Source: Alphaproteobacteria bacterium (GTDB lineage: Bacteria; Pseudomonadota; Alphaproteobacteria; UBA828). Taken from it: a stretch of 64,000 nt of DNA. The position numbers and the translations under genes were made by a program. Of the stretch, positions 26,226-35,533 are shown one piece after another. The notes below the pieces were generated by a model. The model was not told the origin of the DNA and ran no database searches. It saw only the letters and a program-made list of their open reading frames with translations. How positions within the stretch are numbered: the stretch's first letter is position 1; every line of letters begins with the position of its first letter. Location of the stretch: positions 3,552,001-3,616,000 of the forward strand of contig CBDEFM010000002.1 of NCBI GenBank assembly GCA_965237415.1, given 5' to 3'.

Positions 26226-26890
26226 ACCTGATCCTTCTCGGCCCACCGGGGGCGGGCAAGGGCACGCAGGCACAACGTTTGGTCGAGCGCTTCGGCATCG
26301 TTCAGATCTCCACGGGCGAGATGCTGCGGGCGGCGGCGAAGGCGGGCACCGCACTCGGTATCGAGGCCAAGGCGATCATGGAGGCCGGCGAGCTTGTGCC
26401 GGACGACCTGATGGTCGCCCTGATCGCCGAGCGGATCGAGCAGCCGGACTGCGCCAGCGGTTTCATCCTCGACGGCTTCCCGCGCACGGTGGCCCAGGCC
26501 GACGCGCTGGACCGCATGCTGGCCGAACGCGGGCTGACGCTCGACAAGGTGGTCGCCATCGAGGTCGATGAGGAGGCGCTGATCGAGCGCATCGTCGGCC
26601 GATTCTCCTGCGCCGACTGCGGCGCCGGCTATCACGACCAATTCAACCGGCCCAGCACCGAGGGCGTGTGCGACCAGTGCCGGGGTGCGAACTTCACGCG
26701 GCGGGCGGATGACAATCGCGAAACCATGACCGCGCGTCTAGCCGCCTATCGCGAGCAGACGGCCCCGATCATCCCGCACTACGAGGCCGGCGGGCGCTTC
26801 GCCAGGATCGACGGCTCGGGCGGCATCGACGCCATCACGGCGGCCATCGTTGCCGCTCTCGAAGACGCCGGCGTGGCGGGCGGGCGCTAG
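26222..26890 (+). CDS. adk: Adenylate kinase (zinc-lid type)
   Basis: TTG start; GPPGAGKGTQA, LDGFPRT, CxxC..CxxC lid. Confidence 0.97.
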   Translation: MNLILLGPPGAGKGTQAQRLVERFGIVQISTGEMLRAAAKAGTALGIEAKAIMEAGELVPDDLMVALIAERIEQPDCASGFILDGFPRTVAQADALDRMLAERGLTLDKVVAIEVDEEALIERIVGRFSCADCGAGYHDQFNRPSTEGVCDQCRGANFTRRADDNRETMTARLAAYREQTAPIIPHYEAGGRFARIDGSGGIDAITAAIVAALEDAGVAGGR

Positions 26891-26912
26891 CAGAGCCCAC
26901 CGGGCGGCCTCC

Positions 26913-27602
26913 ATGCCCCAGACGAGATCGACGCATCTCAAGGCGCGGCGCGCCGTCATCGACGCTGCCCGCAGGATGAACGCGCTCGGCCTCAATCACG
27001 GGACCTCGGGCAATGTCGGATACAGGGTCGGCGGGCGCTTCCTGGTCACGCCGTCCGGCCTCGATTACGACGCGATCACGCCCGCAGACATCGTGGATAT
27101 GGACTTCGACGGCAGCCACCAGGGCACCCGGCGCCCCACCAGCGAATGGCGGTTGCACCGCGATATCCTCGCGACAAGGCCGGAGGTCGACGCGGTGCTG
27201 CACAGCCACGCCGTCCATTGCACTGCGCTCGCCGTGCACGGGATGGAAATCCCTGCAGTTCACTACATGGTCGCCGCTGCGGGCGGCACGAACATTCGCT
27301 GCGCGCCCTACCGGACGCCGACGACCCAGGCGCTCTCCGACGTCGCCGTGCCTGCGCTCAAGGAGCGCAGGGCCTGCCTGTTGCAGAATCATGGCGTCGT
27401 CGTCTTGGGCGAGACGCCCGATGCCTGCGTCAATCTGCTCGTCGAAGTCGAGTATCTGGCGGAGCTCTATTGCCGCACGCTCGCCATCGGCGCCGCCACC
27501 GGTAACGAGCCCAAGATCATCTCCCAGCGCAAGATGGCCAAGGTGCTGGAGATTATGAGGACCTACGGCAAACAGTCCGGCGACGATCCTCCGGAGGCGT
27601 AG
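26913..27602 (+). CDS. Class II aldolase (fuculose-1-P aldolase-like)
   Basis: TSGNVG, TPSG, PTSEWRLH, HSH, LLQNHG. Confidence 0.88.
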   Translation: MPQTRSTHLKARRAVIDAARRMNALGLNHGTSGNVGYRVGGRFLVTPSGLDYDAITPADIVDMDFDGSHQGTRRPTSEWRLHRDILATRPEVDAVLHSHAVHCTALAVHGMEIPAVHYMVAAAGGTNIRCAPYRTPTTQALSDVAVPALKERRACLLQNHGVVVLGETPDACVNLLVEVEYLAELYCRTLAIGAATGNEPKIISQRKMAKVLEIMRTYGKQSGDDPPEA

Positions 27603-27632
27603 TCCGATTCGCGGGCGCGGGCGGGTTGCGGC

Positions 27633-28892
27633 TTACGCCTTCGCCTGCAATTCGCGAGGCCAGTTCGCGAGGGTTTCAGCGCCGGTTTCCGTGATGCGAA
27701 TGCTCTCGGTGATTTCGAGACCCCAGTCTTCGAACCAGAGCGCGGGCATGAAGTGGATGGTCATGTTCGGCTCAAGCACGGTGCGGTCTCCTGGGCGCAG
27801 GCTGATGGTGCGCTCGCCCCAGTCGGGCGGGTAGCTGAGCCCGACGGAGTAGCCGCATCGGCTCTCCTTCGTCAGGCCGTGCCGCGCGAGCGACTCCGAG
27901 AACGCGCGGTGGATGTCCTCGCACAGGTTCCCCGGCTTCGCCGCATCGAGGCCTGCCTCGATGGCTTCCAACAGCGCGCTTTCTGCGTTGCGCTCGCGAG
28001 CGGACGGTCGGCCCAGGAAAACCGTGCGGCAAAGCGGGCAGTGATAGCGCTTGTAGACGCCCGCAATTTCGAAGAACGTCGCCTCGCCCGCCCGCATCGG
28101 CTTGTCGTCCCACGTGAGGTGCGCCGCCGATGCATCGACGCCGGTGGGGAGCATCGGCACGATGGCGGGATAGTCGCCGCCGGCGCCGTCTACGCCGGTG
28201 ATGGCCGCGTGGTAGATCTCGGCGACCAGCTCGTTCTTGCGCATACCGGGCTCGACCACCTCCATGATGCGCGCGTGCATCTTCTCCACGATGCGCGCCG
28301 CGTTCTTCATGTAGGCGATCTCGGTCTCCGACTTCACGAGCCGTTGCCAGTTCACCAGCCCCGTCGCGTCGAGCAGTGTCGCATCGTGCAGATGCGTCTC
28401 CAGCGAGCGGTACGCGGCGGCGCTGAAGTAGTAGTTGTCCATCTCGACGCCGATCCGCGATCGGTCCCACCCACGCGCGGCGATGACTTCGCTCAAGTAG
28501 TCCATCGGGTGGCGTTCGGTGGACATCACGTAGTGATCCGCGTAGCCGACGATGTCGTCGTGCGCCATGAACACGGTGCGCTTCGCCCCGTTGGCGTCCA
28601 TGCCGCGCCCGAACCACACCGGATCGCCTTCGAGCGCGAGGAGCACGCACTGGTGCACGTAGAACGACCAACCGTCGTAGCCGGTCAGCCACGCCATGTT
28701 CGAGGGGTCGGAGACGACGAGCAGATCGAGCCCTCTCTCGTCCATCGCCCGGCGGGTCTTCGCGATCCGTGCCACGTATTCGTCGCGCGAGAAGGCGAGC
28801 TCGACCGGCGCGGGTGTCCCGATTTCGCTGCTTGTGGGCGACTTGCTGTTCAAGGCTGAAGGTCTCCGAAGAGGCAAAATTATTCCTTCCAA
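27633..28892 (-). CDS. doeA: Ectoine hydrolase DoeA/EutD (M24 family); start uncertain
   Basis: DPSNMAWLTGYDGWSFYVHQ, GDYPAIVP, AHLTW, LSYPPDWGERT. Confidence 0.88.
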   Translation of the reverse strand: MEGIILPLRRPSALNSKSPTSSEIGTPAPVELAFSRDEYVARIAKTRRAMDERGLDLLVVSDPSNMAWLTGYDGWSFYVHQCVLLALEGDPVWFGRGMDANGAKRTVFMAHDDIVGYADHYVMSTERHPMDYLSEVIAARGWDRSRIGVEMDNYYFSAAAYRSLETHLHDATLLDATGLVNWQRLVKSETEIAYMKNAARIVEKMHARIMEVVEPGMRKNELVAEIYHAAITGVDGAGGDYPAIVPMLPTGVDASAAHLTWDDKPMRAGEATFFEIAGVYKRYHCPLCRTVFLGRPSARERNAESALLEAIEAGLDAAKPGNLCEDIHRAFSESLARHGLTKESRCGYSVGLSYPPDWGERTISLRPGDRTVLEPNMTIHFMPALWFEDWGLEITESIRITETGAETLANWPRELQAKA

Positions 28893-29016
28893 CGCTTGAA
28901 TTGTCTAGGTCGTGGGACGGGAAGGGTTCAGATTCTTTTCGCTCGTCCTCGATGCGCCGCTGTCGAAGCGCCTCAGGATCATGCCCGCAACGCCGAACCA
29001 CTCTGTGAGGGATCCC

Positions 29017-29493
29017 ATGGTGCTCGAAGGCTCCTGCCACTGCCGTGCCGTTCAATTCTCGCTCCAGTCGAAGACGCCGCATCCCTACATGCAGTGCTAC
29101 TGCTCGATCTGCCGAAAGACCGCAGGTGGTGGCGGCTACGCCATCAATCTGGGCGGCGAGGCGGAAGCGCTCAACGTGCGGGGCAAGCGTCACCTGAGAG
29201 TCTATCGGGCGCGGCTCGAGGACGGCAGCGAAAGCCTGGCCGAGCGGCGGTTCTGCGGCCGCTGCGGCAGTGCGCTCTGGGTCTGGGACCCGCGCTGGCC
29301 CGAACTGATCCACCCCTTCGCGTCGGCCATCGACACACCGCTGCCGGCGCCGCCGGAGCGCTGCCACATCATGCTCGACTACGCGCCGGGCTGGGTCAGG
29401 ATCCCGTCGGGCAAGCGCGACCCGCACTTTCCCGAGTATCCCGATCAGTCGCTGGAGGACTGGCACCGGAGCCGCGATCTGCTCGACCCCTGA
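29017..29493 (+). CDS. GFA (CENP-V) family zinc protein
   Basis: EGSCHC, CYCSICRK, FCGRCGSALW. Confidence 0.88.
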   Translation: MVLEGSCHCRAVQFSLQSKTPHPYMQCYCSICRKTAGGGGYAINLGGEAEALNVRGKRHLRVYRARLEDGSESLAERRFCGRCGSALWVWDPRWPELIHPFASAIDTPLPAPPERCHIMLDYAPGWVRIPSGKRDPHFPEYPDQSLEDWHRSRDLLDP

Positions 29494-29570
29494 TGCGGGA
29501 GTGCCGAGACGTCGGCCGCTTGGTATAGGACGGCCTGGCAGGGCGAATCGTTGGCGCGGGGAGAGAGAGC

Positions 29571-30422
29571 ATGGCATCGCAGGGCACGAACGGCGGCACG
29601 GTCAAGGCACTCTGGCGCTATCCAGTCAAGTCCATGGCGGGCACCAAGCTCGACGCGGCGCAGGTCACCGAGGGCGGCATTCTGGGCGACCGGGCCTATG
29701 CCGTAATCGACCGCTCGAGCGGCCGGGTTGGGAGCGCCAAGACCCCGAAGAAGTGGGCCGAGCTGATGGCCCTCGCCGCCGATTTCGTCAGACCGCCGCA
29801 GGCCGGCGCGTCGCTCCCGCCCGTGCGCATCCTCTGGCCCGACGGCACGGCGGTCACCAGCGATGGCGGTGACCCCGATGCCCGCCTCTCCGAAACCCTG
29901 GGGCGGCCGGTCACGCTCACGACGGAGCGCCCGGAAGCGCCCAGCCTCGAACGCCTCGACCCGCTCGCCGAAGAAGAGACCATCGTCGATATCGGCGAGC
30001 TGATGATGGCAGGCCGGTTCTCCGACTATGCGGCGCTTCATCTCATAACCACGGCGACGATGGCGCGCCTCGCCGAGCTACGTCCTGAATCGGCGTTCAA
30101 TGCGCGCCGCTTCCGCCCCAACGTGACGATCGCCACACCAGAGGGAGAGCAAGGCTTCGTCGAGAACGACTGGGTCGGGCGCGAGCTCGCGATCGGCGAC
30201 GAGGTGCGGCTCCGTATCTCCGACCCGACGCCGCGTTGCTCCGTCCCGACCCTAGCGCAGCAGGATCTCGCGAAGGACCCGCAGGTTCTCCGCACCATCG
30301 TCGAGCACAACACGCTCCCTGTCCCCGTGCTCGACGGCGAATCGCTCCCGTGCGCGGGCGTCTACGCCTTCGTCATTCAGGGCGGCATGGTGAAGAGGGG
30401 CGACGCGGTACGGGTTGTTTAG
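29571..30422 (+). CDS. MOSC domain protein
   Basis: LWRYPVKSM, GDRAYA, RRFRPN, PRC. Confidence 0.9.
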   Translation: MASQGTNGGTVKALWRYPVKSMAGTKLDAAQVTEGGILGDRAYAVIDRSSGRVGSAKTPKKWAELMALAADFVRPPQAGASLPPVRILWPDGTAVTSDGGDPDARLSETLGRPVTLTTERPEAPSLERLDPLAEEETIVDIGELMMAGRFSDYAALHLITTATMARLAELRPESAFNARRFRPNVTIATPEGEQGFVENDWVGRELAIGDEVRLRISDPTPRCSVPTLAQQDLAKDPQVLRTIVEHNTLPVPVLDGESLPCAGVYAFVIQGGMVKRGDAVRVV

Positions 30423-30444
30423 GTCGCAGGCGTTACCCGTCGCG

Positions 30445-30819
30445 TCAATCGGCGGGGGTGCGCCTCTTCAACTCTATCGGCTGGCCGTGGGGGGTGTGGA
30501 TGGTCGCCTCGGTCCAGTCATCCTTGAGGCCGGCAAGCTCCGCTTCCGAGCCGAGCCCCTTGTCGATTACGAGCTTTTCGAGCGCGCTCAGCCAATGTTC
30601 ATAATAGCGATCCCCGAGGTCGGGATCGCCTCTCTGCTTCGCCGCTGCTATCTCGGCCGAGAGGTAGTCGACCCACTCCGACCAGGTGAACTTTCCAGCC
30701 TCCGACAGCCGCACCGCCATGGCGAAAGCGGCCGCCTCCCACGGTTCCTTGAAGACCGGCCCGTCTTCGGCCTCCCAGGGGAGCTGCGGCAAATCGTCAG
30801 CCGATTGCGCGGCGCTCAT
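30445..30819 (-). CDS. Nitrile hydratase accessory protein
   Basis: PVFKEPWEAAAFAMAV.L, FTWSEW, YYEHWLSALE, TPHGQPI. Confidence 0.9.
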   Translation of the reverse strand: MSAAQSADDLPQLPWEAEDGPVFKEPWEAAAFAMAVRLSEAGKFTWSEWVDYLSAEIAAAKQRGDPDLGDRYYEHWLSALEKLVIDKGLGSEAELAGLKDDWTEATIHTPHGQPIELKRRTPAD

Positions 30820-31169
30820 GCGCTATCGAGGTAATCGTCGAAGAGGTCGATGTACACGCTGGCGTTCGCGTTGGCGTGGTCGCCCCACAGCTCGCTCCCT
30901 TCGAAGCGCACGCTGTAGACATGCTGAGGGTCGCTGTGGGTGCCCGATGCGGCCGACGTATCCGGAAATGCGAAAACGCCATGATCGCGCGCAATCGTTC
31001 CGGTCTTGCCCCGGATGTAGCGCGGCAGCCGGGTATGGGACACCGGGTTCACGTTGAGGGCCGTGACCGTGTCCCCCACCTTGAACCTGGGTGCGACGTC
31101 CGCATCCATCCGGCATGATGCGCCTCCAGCGACCAGACCTGGAACCAAATCCGGTGTCAGAACTGGCAT
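30816..31169 (-). CDS. Nitrile hydratase beta subunit, C-terminal (SH3-like) half
   Basis: PRFKVGDTV, HTRLPRYIRGKTG, FPD, YSVRF..ELWG, DLFDDYL. Confidence 0.88.
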   Translation of the reverse strand: MPVLTPDLVPGLVAGGASCRMDADVAPRFKVGDTVTALNVNPVSHTRLPRYIRGKTGTIARDHGVFAFPDTSAASGTHSDPQHVYSVRFEGSELWGDHANANASVYIDLFDDYLDSA

Positions 31170-31483
31170 CACGACTCTCCCGCCTGGCGAAGGCTCGCGA
31201 TCTTCTCTTCGACTTCGGCCTCGGTCAGCACGCCGCGTTCCACCAGCAGGGTCTCGTAGGCGTGCAGCCAATGCTCGTAATACGAGGTATCCAGATACTC
31301 GGCCGGGCCCATCCGCTCGATGGCGTGGCGGAACATATCCACGTTGAAGTGGCCTTCGGCAAAGTTGGTGAAGAACATGCCGAAGACCCGGCCCTCCCAA
31401 GACTCATGGAACTGAGGCTCGTTTTCTTCGCGAACGATCGGGCCCATGCATTGCATGCCGCCCATGTCGTGAATGCCGTTCAT
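31169..31483 (-). CDS. Nitrile hydratase beta subunit, N-terminal half
   Basis: MNGIHDMGG, FHESWEGR, FRHAIERM, YYEHW. Confidence 0.88.
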   Translation of the reverse strand: MNGIHDMGGMQCMGPIVREENEPQFHESWEGRVFGMFFTNFAEGHFNVDMFRHAIERMGPAEYLDTSYYEHWLHAYETLLVERGVLTEAEVEEKIASLRQAGES

Positions 31484-31506
31484 CGCTGCGCTCCTTTCCG
31501 CCCCGG

Positions 31507-32115
31507 CTAGCTGGCGGGCGCTTCGACCAGCGCCGTGCCGATCATCGAATCGCGGGTTACCAGTGCCGCCAGCTCGTCCTCGCTCAGGTCATCCGTGCCT
31601 GCCGGCCGTTGCGGCAGCACCAGATAGCGGAGCTCGGCATTGCTGTCCCACACCCGCACCTCGATGTCTTCGGACACCTCGACGCCGAATTCCTCGAGGA
31701 CGCCGCGCGGATCGATGACCGAGCGGGCCCGGAAGGGTGCGCTCTTGTACCAGATGGGCGGCAGCCCCAGCGTCGGCCACGGGTAGCAGGAACAGAGCGT
31801 GCAAGTGACCAGGTTGTGCACGTCGTCGGTGTTCTCGACGACGACCATGTCCTCGCCCTGCACGCCGCTGAACCCGAGCTCGGCGATCGCCTTCGTGCCG
31901 TCTTCGAGCAACCTCTGCTTGTAATCCGGGTGCGTCCACGCCCGCGCCACTACCTTGGCGCCGTTGCGCGGACCGACGCGGATCTCGTAGGTCTCCACGA
32001 GGGCGTCGATGGCGGCCGGGTCGAGCAGGCCCTTCTCGGTGAGGAGCGTCTCCAGGGCCTTCACCCTCATCGCCGTCTCGGATGGCGGAGCGTTATGGGC
32101 GTGATCGTGTGCCAT
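31507..32115 (-). CDS. nthA: Cobalt-type nitrile hydratase alpha subunit
   Basis: CTLCSCYPW metal motif, [18 protein letters not shown]. Confidence 0.95.
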   Translation of the reverse strand: MAHDHAHNAPPSETAMRVKALETLLTEKGLLDPAAIDALVETYEIRVGPRNGAKVVARAWTHPDYKQRLLEDGTKAIAELGFSGVQGEDMVVVENTDDVHNLVTCTLCSCYPWPTLGLPPIWYKSAPFRARSVIDPRGVLEEFGVEVSEDIEVRVWDSNAELRYLVLPQRPAGTDDLSEDELAALVTRDSMIGTALVEAPAS

Positions 32116-32386
32116 GATCGAAGATCCCTCATTCGCGAGCCTGATCGGAATGCTATCCGCTGGCGGAAGCCCGTTCAATGGAGTTGGCGGACCCCGTTCG
32201 TGGTTGAAGGGGTGCGGATTCGCAATGACGGAGCGGGCTCATGTGCGCCCCAGCGCGCACTCGTCGGTCAAGTCTCACATAACTGTCCTTGCCGTCTCTA
32301 CCGCAGCGTCTGTAACCTCGTCTTCCCGTGAATGATTTTCCCCGCCGGCCCATGCCCCCGATCGACTCCCCATTGAGTACGCGTTG

Positions 32387-33160
32387 ATGCGCTTGGCAGG
32401 CAAGCGCGCGCTGGTGACCGGCGGTGCCTCGGGCATCGGCGCTGCGACCGCTGAGCGCTTCGCGGCAGAAGGCGCAACCGTCGCGATTGCCGATCTGAAC
32501 GGCGCCGGCGCGGACAAGCACGCGGAAGCAATCCGCGCCCAGGGAGGAACGGCGGTCGGCTTGGCCGCCGACGTCGGAGACGTCGAGTCCGCCGCCGCCA
32601 TGGTGGATCGCGCCTGGGAGGCGCTTGAAGGCCTCGACATTATCGTGAACAACGCCGCGATTCCGACGATGGGCACCGTCGAGACCCTCGCCGCTGACGA
32701 ATGGGACCGTGTGCTCGACATCGACCTTTCGAGCATCTATCGGACCTGCCGGGCGATTTGGCCGCGCTTCGTCGCAGCCGGCGGCGGGACTATTTTGAAC
32801 ACCGCGTCGGTCGCGGGAATCATCGGCATGGCCGGCCAACACGGCTATTCCGCCGCCAAAGCGGGTGTCGTGATGCTGACCAAGTGCATGGCTCTCGACG
32901 GCGCCGCCCACGGCATCCGCGTGAACTGCGTCTGTCCCGGCTTCGTCGAAACGCCGATGGTCTTGACGTATTTCGACGCGCAGGATGACCCTGAGGCGAG
33001 CCGGGCGGCAGTCAATGCCGCTCATCCCTTGGGCCGCATCGGGCAACCCGCCGAGATCGCGGCCGCGTTCCTCTATCTTGCCTCCGATGAGGCCCGCTGG
33101 GTCACCGGGACGGCACTCGTGATCGACGGTGGGCTCACCGCCGGACTGCCGCCGGGATAA
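32387..33160 (+). CDS. Short-chain dehydrogenase/reductase
   Basis: TGGASGIG, NNAA, YSAAK, RVNCVCPG. Confidence 0.93.
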   Translation: MRLAGKRALVTGGASGIGAATAERFAAEGATVAIADLNGAGADKHAEAIRAQGGTAVGLAADVGDVESAAAMVDRAWEALEGLDIIVNNAAIPTMGTVETLAADEWDRVLDIDLSSIYRTCRAIWPRFVAAGGGTILNTASVAGIIGMAGQHGYSAAKAGVVMLTKCMALDGAAHGIRVNCVCPGFVETPMVLTYFDAQDDPEASRAAVNAAHPLGRIGQPAEIAAAFLYLASDEARWVTGTALVIDGGLTAGLPPG

Positions 33161-33217
33161 TCGCGACGGCATCGCAGCGCGCGCGGCACCCGGCGCCGGC
33201 CGGCGTCGGGAGTCGGG

Positions 33218-33530
33218 TTACTCCAGTATGAACTCGCGGATGACCCGCAGCGCTGCCTCCTGGTCGTCGCGTTCGACGCCGTGGCCGCAGCCGGCGAAGC
33301 GCTCGAAGCGCGCCAGGTGAGAGGGCAGCGCGTCGGCGATATCCTCCGATTGCTCCACCGGCGTGACCGGGTCGATCTCGCCCGACATAACCAGCGTGGG
33401 GCAGCGGACCTGCGAGAGCCGAGGCAGGAAGTCGAAGCGGTGGCCCTCGCCGTCGGCGCCGAAGAAGTAGCCGAGCATGTCCACGTTCATGACGGAGCGC
33501 TTCGTGAGATCGGGATCTTGCGGCGCCCTA
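33218..33530 (-). pseudogene. Alpha/beta hydrolase, C-terminal fragment
   Basis: CPTLVMSGEIDPVTP..CGHG; the nucleophile-bearing half is missing. Confidence 0.7.
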
Positions 33531-33600
33531 CAGCGCGCTGCTCGCGTTCCTCTCCGGCCCGCTTGCACACTTCATGTGCCCGTCCACCATTCAGGGCGAG

Positions 33601-33806
33601 GACGTGAACCCGGTGGGCACCGGGCCCTGGAAGTTCGTGAGCTGGGAGGCAAGCCCACGGCAGGCGAGGTGCCGAGCCCGCTCAATCCGCCGCCGGGCTG
33701 CCGCTTTCACACCCGCTGCCCCATGGCCGAGGAGCGCTGCCGCGTCGAGGAGCCGCCGATACGGGAGATCGCCCCCGGCCACCACGCCGCCTGCCATCTG
33801 ATCTGA
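33601..33806 (+). pseudogene. Fused remnants of a peptide ABC binding protein and ABC ATPase
   Basis: [13 protein letters not shown] immediately followed, in another frame, by [24 protein letters not shown]. Confidence 0.75.
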
Positions 33807-34018
33807 TTGGAAGGCGACGTGACGCTGACTTGGACCGAGCCTCGCGCGGGCGATATCGCCGGACGGGCGCGAGCGCTGCAAAGCATGGTCAGCGCCGGTA
33901 TGCCGCTCGACCAAGCCGCATCCGCTTCCGGTATTCTAATTGTCGTCGACGGGTAGGTTAAAGGGTAAGGCGGGCGGGCACTCCAGCATCCGCCAAAAAA
34001 CATTCACTGTTTGAGCGC

Positions 34019-34759
34019 TCACGCTGGGCGCATGCGACCCGCTATCCGCGCGGCGGCCGAGGTAAGGTCAAGAAAATTAACCTGGACTTCAGGATCTCGG
34101 GTAATAAGTGGCTGGAGAATAGAGAAATAGCACAATACCAAATCATCTAGTGGCGAAAAATTACTCCAATCGTAGTACCTAATATTTGTGAAATCTTTTG
34201 AGTGCTCTGTCAAAAACTCTTCCAGTGTTCCGGTAAAATCCACTAGACCGTCGTGCTGAAATTTTTTCCATGACTCTCTCGCCTCATCTTGTGCCTTTCT
34301 TGCCTCATTCGCGTCCCTAGTCACCTGACACTGAAGTTGAGATCATTTTCAATTGGCAGTGTCGTCACACTAAGTCGCTCTATTGTCGAAGAATGTGGTC
34401 GTGCAATATAGTTGTCTTTATGTGGCGAACTTCAGATTCAGGTGACTAGCATCTACGGTCAAAGACCAAAACAATTCATCTAACTCGTGCCAGTGTTCGT
34501 ATTGACCCTGAACGTGCAAGTGCCGCTTCAACGATTTCAAGGCAAGCTCGATCGCCAAGGGATACATCACAAACAGAATTTGCGACATCCCAACCATTTC
34601 TTGTTCTTCTCTCGTTCGGCGGCCCACTGTAGATATGGTTCGTGAACCGCCTCCCAGCCGTTGTGCCAGCTGTTCCTTCAGCCAGTACAGTGCGGACCCC
34701 AATTCGAGTGTCCGCAATCCGTTGACTCGATCTGAGGGAGCCGAAGCTGTTGTTGTCAT
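34019..34759 (-). pseudogene. HEPN-like protein gene interrupted by a MITE
   Basis: AIELALKS..HWHELDELF and DFTNIRY motifs; removing 34321-34449 restores one 203-aa ORF. Confidence 0.7.
34321..34445. mobile_element. 125-bp MITE with CTAG target duplication
   Basis: TIRs TCACCTGAcaCTGAAGTT / AACTTCAGatTCAGGTGA (16/18); CTAG at 34317-34320 and 34446-34449. Confidence 0.85.
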
Positions 34760-34935
34760 CGCGGCAACCTCATCTTGTTTCAATAGGGTGGTTTCAGATC
34801 GCGTCAAACAAGCGCCCGTTTCTCAAGCGTGCCATCCACTCGGCGATTCCGTCCACGGGGGCAGTTGCCTCGCGTGAGGCAATTCGGCGCTGGTCACTTT
34901 CGGCTCCATAGCCAACAACGGCTGGAGTTGAGTTT

Positions 34936-35217
34936 TCACTTCTTGCCTAGCGAAACGTAGAACTCATCCATACCGGCGCAGAGCTCTTTCGCGGTCTGCC
35001 TCCTCGCCTTGTCAGAGATTCGCCTGCACGCCTCGTTCAGTGCAGAGCTCAGGTCGTCATGAAGCGATCCTATACCATCAAGTCCCACCCCATATTGCCT
35101 AGTCGTTTGATTAACCGAGATCTTTGCAGAAATTCCCTTCCCCGACACCGTCATCTCGCAATCATCGGGTTTGCTCACGATGAACTTCTCACCGTCGTAC
35201 ACGTGTTCCGTTGTCAT
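34936..35217 (-). CDS. Hypothetical protein (93 aa)
   Basis: ATG with GGAG RBS; plausible composition; no motif recognised. Confidence 0.55.
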   Translation of the reverse strand: MTTEHVYDGEKFIVSKPDDCEMTVSGKGISAKISVNQTTRQYGVGLDGIGSLHDDLSSALNEACRRISDKARRQTAKELCAGMDEFYVSLGKK

Positions 35218-35296
35218 GGTCGCTCCGCTCGTCGCGATGTGCCTACATGGTGCCGACATGGCGTTTTCGACCCTCCGCCGAAATCCACCTAACCCA

Positions 35297-35351
35297 TTGA
35301 AAAGATTGGTGGGCGCACTAGGACTCGAACCTAGGACCCGCTGATTAAGAG
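35297..35351 (-). repeat. attR: duplicated 3' half of tRNA-Lys
   Basis: 55 bp identical to 51801-51855; starts at the anticodon loop CTCTTAA. Confidence 0.95.
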
Positions 35352-35414
35352 ATGGCATATGACCAGAGGGCAGGGGTTGTCTTGAGTTGGCTGGACATAG
35401 AAGAAATATATTTA

Positions 35415-35427
35415 TATCAATCAGTTA
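35415..35427 (+). promoter_or_regulatory. IHF-consensus site in the att arm
   Basis: TATCAATCAGTTA matches WATCAANNNNTTR. Confidence 0.55.
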
Positions 35428-35533
35428 TCAGGTGGGATAGGCGGTTTCGAAGGTCAGGGTGTGCAGTGAGTGATCGTGACATTACTTCAGTTTGTTGACT
35501 TTGGTGTTGATCAGATGCGGGCGATGCACCAAC

